The notes under the pieces were generated by a model. The model searched no databases. It had not been told where the DNA came from and was given only the letters and a program-made list of their open reading frames with translations. The translations under genes were made by a program, and so were the position numbers. DNA of 64,000 bases, taken from assembly GCA_035221665.1 (NCBI GenBank), contig CM069145.1, positions 27,590,001 through 27,654,000 of the forward strand. Direction: 5' to 3'. This DNA comes from Okamejei kenojei (Eukaryota). Below, one piece after another: positions 43,201 through 55,200 of this stretch; position 1 is the stretch's first letter; each line of letters starts with the position of its first letter.

Positions 43201-46200
43201 CTGACTCTCTTGAATTTCTGGTACATTGCTGGTGTCTTCCATTGTGAACACTGACCGGTAAAACGTATTCAGTTCATCCATCATTTCATTGTTCCCCATT
43301 ACTCATATAATTTTGACAGAACTATCAGTTAATTTATCATGATATCTCAAGGTAACTGAAAATAAGTCCTAAAGTTTGACCCTTTCTTTAGCTGTCGGCT
43401 ATGGAGGCAATGGAGATGAATAGGTTCTTGGTTAGTAAAGGCGTCAAAGGTTATGGGAGGAGTCAGGAGAATACAGATGAGAGGGAATAATAGATCAGCC
43501 ATGATCGAATGACAGAGCAAACTTGATAAGGTGAATGGCTTAATTCTGCTCCTATGTTATATTTTTATATGCTTTGCAGCTTACTAAGCATAAAATTAAA
43601 GCAATAAATAACAATCAAATTAAATAATTATAAACAAAATTAAAGCGTGGAATAACTATTGTTAAGTTCATCTTTAAATGAGAATTTTGGACCATGTCAC
43701 GGTTCAGTTTCAATCCATTGTGGCCAATGCTGGAAACCAGCGGTTTAAGCCATCACTTTTTTTTTTAATCATAGAATAGGCCACAAGCAGAGTAAAGTAA
43801 ATGTTAGAAGCAAGGAACTGCAGGTGCCAGTTTACAAAAAAAAACACACAAAGCGCTGGAGTAGCTCAGCCAGCGGGTCAGGCAGCATCTCTGGAGAACA
43901 TGGATAGGTGACGTTTCGGGTCGGGACCCTTCTTCAGATGGCACTTTATTCTGCATTTAGCAAGATTATTCACCTGCATTATCACCGGAAAAGAGCAACA
44001 TAAAACAGCAGCAAGAACAAATATCTGGAAGAACCATTTCAGGATAACAATGGAAGGACTAGTGAAAAGATTCAATAAACCATATCCAGGGTGGAATAAA
44101 AATTATATCAAAGAATAAATGCACATATTTCATTTCTATTATCATTTATAATAAAATAAATATAACAATCCTCTTGTCATTGGTCTCAGCAGCAATAATT
44201 TTAGCTTTAAAAATAGCACAAAGTTGAAATGACTCACATTGCTTGTAAATTTTGATAATTTTGCAATATTCTTGAACTGAGGTGTTTCACAGTAGTTAAT
44301 GCTGTAACCTTTCGATTTGTCTAGGTCCTTTTTGTACCCTATCTGAAAAGGTTATCAGTAAAAAAAATAATTAATTGGAATATGAGGTAGGTTTTGGTAA
44401 AAAACATTAACATTTTTTCTATCATTTTCAAACAAAATATCTTATATATTTTATATAAATGCACCTTTTCAACTACAATAGGATAATATTTTAAAAGTCT
44501 AGTATTCATTGCCTTCATGTAAATATTGCAAGCAACATAAGAACACGTCAGTTTAATGTCAATTGGAGAATCTTTCATGCTGTCCAGAGATGGAGCATCA
44601 CAGTGGCGCAATGGTAGAGTTGCTGCCTTACACACCAGAGACCCAGGTTTGATCTTGGGTGTTGTCAGTACAGAGGTTGGGCATTATCCCTGTGACCGGA
44701 TGGGTGCTCCGGTTTCATCCCACATTCCAAAGACGTGCAAGTTTATGGGTTAATTCGCTTCTGTAAATTGTCCCGAGTGTGTAGGATAGAACTAGTGTAC
44801 GGTTGATTGTTGGTTGACGTGGACTTGGTGGGCCGAAAGGCCTGTTTCTACATTGTATCTCTGAACTAAGACATGGTATATGATTTGGTGTATTTTCTTG
44901 TAGTTTTCTTTTTATTGTTATATCCATGTTCCAAACAAACCCCAGTAATTTTCCCAACTGATTACTTCTCCACCCAAATTGGCTGAATGCTTTTGGCAAT
45001 GTTACTGTTGACTTCCCGTAGGGCTGTTCTAATTTTTTGTCAATAGTTATGAAAACCACAAGTAATTAAACTCCTTTACCTCACTAACAAGCTTGTTAAC
45101 TTCCTGGGCCCGCTTCATGGTTAAGTTCTCATCAGCTGTCATTGTGTGGTATTGGGCTGATCCTTTCATCATTGTATGGTCTTTCTTATATTTTATCTAT
45201 AATCATGAACAAAATTGGCTCTTAATGTGCATTAATGATACAAAAACAGCAACAAGCACTTATTTACAACAAGCACATCAACAGCAATGCCAAAGGTTAA
45301 GGAGAGGCCTGATAGAAGTAAATACAAATTATGAGAGGCGTAGACAGGGTAGACAATCAAAACGTTTTTTCCTAGGGTGGAAATGTCAAAGACCAGAGGG
45401 CATATACATCAAGGTTAGAGGGGGAAAGTTTAAGGATTCTTTTTCGTCAACAGAGGGTGCTGGGTGCCTGGAATGTATTGTCAGTGGTGGTGCTGGTGAT
45501 AAATACGATAGCCATGTTTAAGAGGCCTGTGGATAGGCGCATGGATATGCAGGGAATGGAGGGATATGGATCATGTGCAGGTAGATGAGATTAGTTTATC
45601 TTCGCATTATGTTCAGCAGAGACATTGTGGGCCAAAAGGCCCGTTCTTGTGATGTACTTTTTATGTTTTCTTAGATTACCTCTGCTTAAAATACATGCTA
45701 AAGAGTAATTTTCTGCACATCATTTCTATACTCTATTGCAGAATGAGGATGAATGGCAGTGGTGCAGTTCACAACACAACTTTTCAAAGAGGTCAAGGAA
45801 GAGTAGTCAGGGCTTTGGCTTTGATGATCAAAAGCATGAAGATTGCCAGAGTCATATAAAAGGAAAATATTCCACAGCTAGTTTAATTTTGGCTTGAAAG
45901 TGTCATTGCAAACAGTAAAACCTTGTTATAACAGACTGTGGGGGAGGGAATGGTGTCCATTATTGCCGATTGTCCACTATAACCGAGTAAGTGTTTGTCC
46001 CCCATTGACATCACTGCCCGGGCACCAGGTCAGAATCTTGGAGCCCCGTCACTGAGAGCCCAGTGGGACCTCTCTCACCACAAGGAGAGCAGCGGCCCAA
46101 GATGGCCGCCCGGAACCACCTTGTTCAGCACGGCTGGGGAATGGCAATAACCGCTGCCCCCGCCGCTGATATCCGCATTCAGAGATTGAGAGCAAAGCGG

Positions 46201-49200
46201 GAGGTCCTGGGCATTGTGGTGGCCATGTAGTGGAGTGAGGAAACCCTGCCCCACTCTGTGAGATTCCCTCAACCAGCAGCCCGCCCAGAGTCCACTGTGA
46301 AAGGACATTGGTCTTTAACATTAATTCAATTTCTTCTTCTAGACACTCACCTGCTGAGTCTTTTTAAAGGTAAAAAATGTATTTTTGGTACTGCAAGCTA
46401 AAAATGCTAAAGGCTGTTTGTTACATTGTTTCATAGAGGTAAGTGCCCATTGAAGCAATTGCTTGTCAATTTCTATGCCTTATCAATTTCAATAGCTTCC
46501 ACGGTATAACCAGCAGCCTGTGTTCTTAAACGGGCAGTCCGCTATAAACAAAATCCATTATAAAGAGGTCTGTAATAACGAGTGTTTACTGTACTTGCTT
46601 TTACCCACCAAATACTTACATCACTTGCAAGATCGTTGGCTCTCTTAGCATTGTTGTACGCTGGTGTGATCATTGCAGGGAAACTCCCTTTCCCCCTACC
46701 ATCCTCAAAATCTGCAGAAAACTCAGGCTGCCAAAGGAGAAAAATACATATTGACAATTCCATTCAAAGGCAATTTTATCTGACACTTCACTGAGATACA
46801 CCAATAACAGCAGTAAATCCTCAAAATTTGACCCGTGTAAGAAACCTTACATTTCTAACTGATGCCTCATTAAGTAAAATATGCACATTAGTTAAGCTCA
46901 ATTAAGAGCCAAAGCTTTTTGATCCAAATCAAGTTACCCAAGAAGAAGACACATACTGGGGATCATTATGGTTTGAATTATTGTTTTATTTCTAGTTTAA
47001 ACCTGCCCATCAGCCCACGAGTCTCCACCGACTAGCAATCACCCCGTACACTAACATTATTCTACACACTAGGGATCATTTTACAATTTTTACTGAAGTC
47101 AATTAACCTACAAACTTGAAGGTCTTTGGAGTGTGGGAGGAAATTGGAGCACCCAGAAAAAACCCCACAACTGTCAAAGGGAGAACATACAAACTCTGTG
47201 CAGATAGCACCCATAGTCAGGATTGAACCTGGGTCCCTGGCGCGGTAAGGCAGCAACTCTTCCACTGCGTCATAGTGCCACAGTCTTAATTAGGGGATTG
47301 GAGTAGTAATGTCCTTTGGGTTAATCGTGTATTGTGGAGTGGGACTGAACACCCACCTTCTCCTGGGCATGTTTGGTTTTAAGTTTGCTTTTTTGTATAT
47401 AAATGTGTGTTTTGGTGGCAGTCACTGTTTCGGCTGCAGAGGCTGCTGAAGAATCCCGAATGCAGCAGGCCCTGCTTCTGCTGCACCCTCCCATATCCAA
47501 TTGGACATGAGCTATTAAAATAGGCAACAGTGTCAGCATTTATACAACACCAAAAAAAACTGTGTCCTGTGTCAGCCAACTATCACTCGAAAGAAAACTG
47601 CTATGCCCAGTATCGGCATGAACTATTTTAAGTAAGCACTGTGGACAGGGTGTTGATCCTTTAAAATGTGTCTGATCCCATCAGATTACCTCCATCAAGT
47701 AACCACAGCAAGATAGAATTACTACTTCCTTGCCCTGAAAAATATTCATGTAGTTTTAAAGTGAGGCGGAGAATGATTTCACAGAAATTTGAGGGGAAGT
47801 TATTTCATACAGAGGGTGGTGGGTACATGGAGCGAACTGCCAGAGAACGGTGTTAAGCCAAGGGACAATGTCAACATTTAAAAGACATTTGCACAGATAC
47901 ATAGACGGAAAAGATTTAAAAGCATATTGGCCAAATCTTGGTCATTTGGGCTAGCTTTGAAGGGACATGTTGGTGTGCATGGACGAGTTGGGCTGAAGGG
48001 CCTGTTTCCGTGCTGTATGACTCCATGTGAATAAATGATCTGGATCAAACCAAATAGTAGATTGCATTTCTGTAGAGATCCACTGGCTAACAGCATTAGG
48101 CATTTATGACCTCTGCCACTGTCCGACAGTGACTGTGGATTGAAACGCGGAAGCGAAGAAGGTGCTGGAGATCAGATGCCTCTCTGTCACTTGACCGCGT
48201 GGTTAGATGCCTCTCTGCTACCTGACTTGCCAATGATGACAGAAGAGTGCCAAGTTATAGTGCACTGAGAAGCCAACACACTTCATGTCTGATCCTTCAC
48301 TTCAACTCCAGCCATGCGGAACAACTCCACTTACTATAGACAAGAGACAATAGACAATAGAGGTAGGAGTAGGCCATGCGGCCCTTCGAGCCAGCACCGC
48401 CATTCGCTACGATCATTGCTGATCACCCACCATCAGTACCCTGTTCCTGCCTTCTCCCCATCTCCCTTGACTCCTCTATCTTTAAGAGCCCTATCTATTG
48501 GACATGTGTCAGAAGGAACTGGTACTGGAATGGAGTTGTTGACCCAATTCATATCAGTAAATGGTTTGGAATTAGTTTCTTTCTTTTAGTTATTAATGTT
48601 TATAATTAAGATGTGTGTGTTTTTTCCATTTATTGAGTTTAAATCTTTTTCATTAATTTAATTCATTTAATTGTTTTAATACCTCTGCCCCCTGTACTTC
48701 ATGAGATAGCGATGGCAGGTAATCTATATCTTAAACCGGTCAGAGGTAAAATTCATAGTAGTTGTGAGGATGGTTGTGGAGATGGGGGGGGGGGGGGGGG
48801 GGGGGTGAATACAAGGTGTGCGCTGAATCAAGCATGAGCAGCAGTTAGTCTTGTAAACACAACATTTAACAGTAATAGGCTGGATAATGCAGCCCTCTCT
48901 CTCCATCCCTCCCCCACCCAAATCGTCCTGCTAGTTTTACTGTTTGTGTCCCCCCCCCCCCCCCCCATTATCACCTGCTCCACAGCCAACAATGGACTAT
49001 TGTGGGCTCTTTGCCCACTGGTGCCAGCTCTGATCTGTTCTGCAGCTCTTCAAACCTCTAGTTTCCCTCTCCCCTGACTCTGTCTGAAGAAAGGTCTCAA
49101 CCAAAAACGTCACTTATTCCTTCTCCCCAGTGTTGCTGCCTGACCCGCTGAGTTAGTTACTCCAACATTTTATGTCTATCTTTGATTGCTTTAGATGCTT

Positions 49201-52200
49201 GTTGTACAGAAATATCATTGGTATAATGGTAAACAGAATTTAAGTACTACTAAGTGTGGATGAGGCATAAAAAATATTATAAAATATAAATATGAATAGA
49301 TTATCACTGTCAATCGATCTTCACATTGGCTGGCTCATCACAAAATGTACATTTATTAAGAACAGTTAAATTATTCAAATGATCAAGAAATTACACAGGA
49401 GTGTGATGTTTGAGTACCAACATTGCCTCTTGTTGTCTAACCAACCTGAGTGTACTTTACTGAATTCTCTCTCCTCATGGCTAATTCAGCACCTGCAGCT
49501 TGGCTCCATTTTTCTTCAATGTCCTTCTCATACTCTTCACTATGTTGAAACTGGGATGCAAAATTAAAAAGGAGATGAGCAAAAGTATTGAATGCTGACT
49601 TAAATAAAAACACACAATGCTAGAAACACTGGGGAAATCAATAACCTTCCACCAGATTTCAGGTTTGCTTTTCTTCTGATGCTCACCTCTACTGCTAAAG
49701 TGGGAAAATATTTTAACTTTATATTACTTATTAAATTAAATGATACTTGATAGGTTGTGCTTGCTTTTCAGATTGATTTGGATTCAACTGGCTGCAAATT
49801 GGATGTGCCCTTTGTGCACTTATTATGGGCAAACTGGTCTAATAAGTGCACAAAACTAGTCTGTCAGACCCATTTGTTTGTTGATAAGTCACAGCATTGT
49901 TCCGGACCCCAGTAACCTGAAACAGCCAGAATGGTGAACTGTGGCTCCGGTTTAAGACAATGCTCGCATTAATGGAAGAGGCCGTCAGATGGGGACACTG
50001 CATTTGGCCAACTGTATTTGCTACTTCTCCTCCTGACTCCAGCTCATGTCAGGTATGTTTTAATTAGCCTTTTGGAGGCAGTCTGTAAAGATCCTTTATG
50101 CACACTTGGCTTATTGCTCAGAACCTGGAAAAGAAAACTGGCTGCAGTGCAACTTGCAGTTAGCCACAATCCAGTCTGGTAAATGGCCAGAAACAGATAT
50201 TCAGATCCAGATTGGAAGAGGTAATTGGCACCTTTCAGGCACACACCTAGACCTCTTCACTGCACCCAAGCAAACATGGCACCTGGCTCATTAGTAGCTG
50301 AAACTGAGTCCGTCGTTATCGCATGCCAGAAACACGCATAGTGAAATCAAATTGGAGAACAAACTTCCTAAAATTGGCTATGCCACACTATAAGCAGCAA
50401 ATTTCCCATAATCCAGCTGCGTTTAGGCACCAAATACATGCCATCAAACATACTACAGATCCAACAGAGAATTATCAATGCAGTATTATAGTCATAAATT
50501 CTGTTTCCACCAATAACATAGGCCACTCATTGATTAACGTTACCATTTATTGATGAGCTTCTTTATAAGAAATATTAATTAAAAACAAATAGGTATTACA
50601 AATACTAATTAAGAACTGAACAAAATGTTTTTTTTATACACATTAACATAACCTTTCCCAATTTTAAAGCAGAATAAACAAACAAAACTATCAGATTTTA
50701 TTAACACCAAACAACTTCAGATAAATGTCCCCTTTAATTGCTTTAAAAAAATCTTTAAAACATGACAATTTTCCCAATGGGGTTTAGCATTAGATTACCT
50801 ACTGTTTAAAGTGTACAGTTTTTTTTTAATGAATATTGGGACACATATAACATTTAGAAACAAGTGGTCAAAATATTAGACCTCAGTATAGAGAAATAAA
50901 AATGACCCCTTTTGCATTCTCCATCACTGAAAGGATGTTGGACTATGGGAGTGAAGTCCTCCATATGAAACATTACGGCAAAGCTTCTCATAGATTATGT
51001 AGATCCTGTGAAGGGCCATTAACCCTCTTGTCAAGGCCAGTACTTACCCCACAATCATCATCCACTGCCTTCTCATTATTACTGCAGTTTATAGGATCTT
51101 GCTGTGATCAGATCAGCTGCGATATTTTCTACTTTACAACTATGACCATTCTTTGAGACCATGTATGTCATTGCTTGCAATGCACATCAAGTACTCTTTG
51201 GTTGTGAAATTTGCGTCTTAACTGCAGCTCCTACCGTACTTTCACTTAGATCCCTGTTTGCTAAGAAATATAGGCACCTCTGTGTTAAAATTCTTGATAG
51301 CCACTGCTATCAGGAGATAGTTTAGTGCAGTGCTAAAGCTAGCTCAAGAGCACATGAAGAAGGCTTAGATCAGGAGTAAAATGAAATGATTTTTTTTTTT
51401 AATTAATAAGTTTAGATTTTCACAATGCATTTCGCTCTTTGCAGAAATTCAAAGTACTTTCAATGATGGTTTAGTATCATTACAGAAGGTGAAAATCTGA
51501 ATACAAGTCTCATCATTGAACCGGGTGCAAGATTGAGAAATAACTTAAAAGAAGTGGAACAGAGAAAAATGAGAATTCTACACTTCAAAGTAAAGTTTGT
51601 GTAGCTTTCTTATCACTTCAGTTCAAGTGGTTAGCATCCGCCACATTCATGAAAGCAAAAAAATAACATAATTTCACCACTGTGGTAATTTGTCTTAAGA
51701 TACAAGTCATGCTGTCATTATGTCACAACATTCTCCCACATAAAATGCTAACTTTGAACCATTATATATACATCAATACATCAAATGAGATCTTACTTAA
51801 AAACAAATACGTTTTATGTTTAAAGAGAATAATTATCCTTTAAGTTAGATCTAAAGAAGTGACAAGAGATCTGCAGTTCACATCGTAACTAATAATTTTT
51901 TATACATATTTATTATAAATCTACAATAGCACTATAATATTATTTATAATACTAAACTAACTGTTATGATCTGAAAATTCTCAGACTGACAAGCAATAAC
52001 TGATTGTTTATTGCGTTCAATTGCCAAATTCAGTGCTAATACCATAAAACAAAGTTTGGAATTGCTTTTGAAAAATTGCTTAAATTACCCTACACACAGA
52101 GAGTATGGCCGCAAATGCTGTTGTTTACAAGGGGGAGTGAGAGATTAATATTTGGTAAAACAGCACCAGGGACCAAGGTTTAATCCTCAATATGAGTGCT

Positions 52201-55200
52201 GTTTGTGCGGGGTTTGTATGTTCCCCATGTGACCCCCCCCCCCCCCCCCCCCCCCCCCCCACCCCTCCACTCTCCCACATTCCAAGACGTGCAAGTCTGC
52301 AGGTTAATTGGCTTATGTAAATTGCCCCTGGTGTGTAGCCTTCGAAAGTGGAATAACACGGAACTAGTGTATGGGTGATCGATGGTTCGCGTAGACTCGG
52401 TGGCTTGAAGCGAATCTTCCCACATTGTATCTCTGACATTTCCAAATCTGAAATGGACTTTAGCCAAAGATTGCAACACACATTCGGACTCTTTAACTCT
52501 CTACTCTATCATTTATTGCCCCATAGTTCTGCCCTTCTTCTGGAAATTATAAGCATGCTAGTTTTATAACTTGCTCTTGTCCCAATGAAAGACCATCAAC
52601 CTGAAATGTTAAGGAAGGAACTACAGATGCTAGTTTACACCGAAGACAGACACAAAATGCTGGAGTAATTCAGCAGGACAGACAGCATCTCTGGATAAAA
52701 GGAATGGGTGACATTTTGGGTCGAGACCCTTCTTCAGACCATCTATCTGTCTAGTTGTCTAACCTGAAATGTTAACTTGGTTTTCTTCTCCACAGATGCT
52801 ACATGTCTTGCTAGGTATTTCCAGCATTTCCTATTATTATAATTTCAGATTTCCAACATCTGCAATTTATTTTATTGTCAACTTGGCATTAATTCCGTTT
52901 AAGTTGCAGTTATAGAAGCTGGGAGATTGTGACTAAACGGGCTCAAAGAAAATGACTGCAGTAAACAAAGGAACATACTTAGGAAACCACTTATGAAAAC
53001 AAATGTTGGAGGTTGGTGTTGGAGGCATTGCCTTGAACAGAGTATGGTAAATTAACTAAATCTAATGCCCTGGTTCAAATGTAACATAAAATTGATTGAA
53101 TTGATTGATAGATACGGCATGGAAACATGTCCTTCGGCCTATCGAGTGTATACTGAACATCCATCAACCACTCACATTCTACATCATCCCACTTGCACGT
53201 TCACTTTCTACACTCTAGGGACAATTTAGTGGCCAGTTAACCCAAGATGATACAAGGAGAACATGCCAACTTCACACAGACAGCAACCGAGGTCAGGATT
53301 GAACCCGGGTCTCTGGCGCTGTGGTATAGTAGCTCTACCAGCAGCGCACTGTGCCGCCCTATTGAAGATGTTCAAGTGGAAATTCTATAAAACATTAAAA
53401 ATGAACAACTAGGATTTACATGAATATCTGAAAGCTTACTATACTCAATCAAATCTTGCACCATCTTTCACATTCTGCTCAACTCAGGATTAGACATTAC
53501 AACCGTAATGCTCCTGGAACACATTATACAAAATATCCTGTCATTCACTGCAAACTGTTGTCACAGCAAAAAAAAACATTTATAAGAATATACTGAAACA
53601 AAACATGCAGTTTGGAGTACTTAACCCCCGCAAGAGATTATGATAGAACTCTCTGGCTAGATTTGTAAGTGAGGAGAATATTAAGAAAGATGCTATTCAA
53701 TTCCATGCATATATTTCAGTCAGGAAATTGAATTGATTGAAAGATACAGCCTGTAGACAGTACCTTTGGGCCACGAGTCCCCACCAACCATCGATCGCCC
53801 GTTCACACTAGTTCTACGTTATCGTACTTTCATCCACTCCCAACACACTAGGGACAATTTACAGAGGCCAATTAACCTATAAACCCGCACGTCTTTGGGA
53901 TGTTGGAGGAAACCGGAGCACCCGATGTGAACCCACACAGTCACAGGGATAATGTTCAAACTCCATACAGACAGCACCAGATGTCAGGATCGACCCCGAG
54001 TCTCTGGCACCATAAGGCAGCAGCTCCACCAACTGTGTCACTGTATAGCCCAAAGGATTACAAAGGAATTCATTGTGCTCAACTTCAACAATTAAAATCA
54101 TTTTCATCTTCTGAAAATAGTATTTAGTATTAGCCTAGGTTCTCCTTAAAAAAACATTACTTTCAATTAACTATTTGACAGCAACCCTGTCCAAGTTTGG
54201 CTGATTGTCAAGAACTCTGCCTAGACTTCTGAGTGGAAGATCAGCAAACCAAAATACATCACGCCAGGCCACGTTAATGTGGTTAGCCTAGTTTAATTTG
54301 GACATGTATTCAGGAAATTCGTTTCATCCCTAAAACCGGTCAAATATGGAGATATGTTGGACAATAATCAAGATGGGTTGGTTAGTAAGTTTGCAGACTT
54401 TGCCAAAATTGGTGGAGCTGTGAATAGTGAAGAAGATTGGCAAAGTATCAGCTACAGCAATGGGAGGAGAAATGGCAGAGCAAGTGTGATGTGCTGCACT
54501 TTGGGAGGTTGAATATCAGGGGAAAGTGAATGGCAAGACCCTTAAAAACATTGATGTACGGGGGGATCTTGGGGTCCAAGTCCATAACTCCCTGAATGTG
54601 GCAACACACAGCTAGATAGAGTGATGAAGAAGGCATATGATATGCTTGCATTTTTCAGTCAGAGTGTTGAATTTAAGAGTCAGGAAGTCATGTTACCACT
54701 ATGGAGAACTTTGGTTGGGCTGCATTGGGAGTATTGGACACAGTTTTGGTCACCCATTACAAGAAGGGTGTGAAGGCTTTGAGAAGGGCTCAGAAGAGGT
54801 TTACCTTAATGCTGCATGGATTAGAGACTATTAGCTATAAAGAAAGTTTGGACAAACTTGCATTGTTTTCTATGGCATGTCGAAGGCCGCCGGGAGACCT
54901 GATAGAAGCATATAAAATTATGAGAGGCATAAATAGGGTAGACGGTGATAACCTTTTTCCCAAGGTTAGATGTTAAAAGCTGGAGGACATAGCTTTGAGG
55001 TGAGAGGGGCAAAGGTTAAAGGAGATGTGCACGGCATGTTTTCATTACACAGTAAATGATAGGGGTGGTGGTGGAAAGAGATATGATAGTGCCATTTATG
55101 AGGCTTTTAGACACATGGATATGCAAGAATAGAGGGATATGGATTATGTGCAAGCAGAGAAGATTAGTTTAACTTGGCATTATATTTGGCACTGGTATTG

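Noticed and set aside
48784-52260. Long G/C homopolymers (also ~23670 and ~48950) as functional G-quadruplexes
   Set aside because: Mostly within or beside repeats, and homopolymer length is error-prone in assemblies; no further support.
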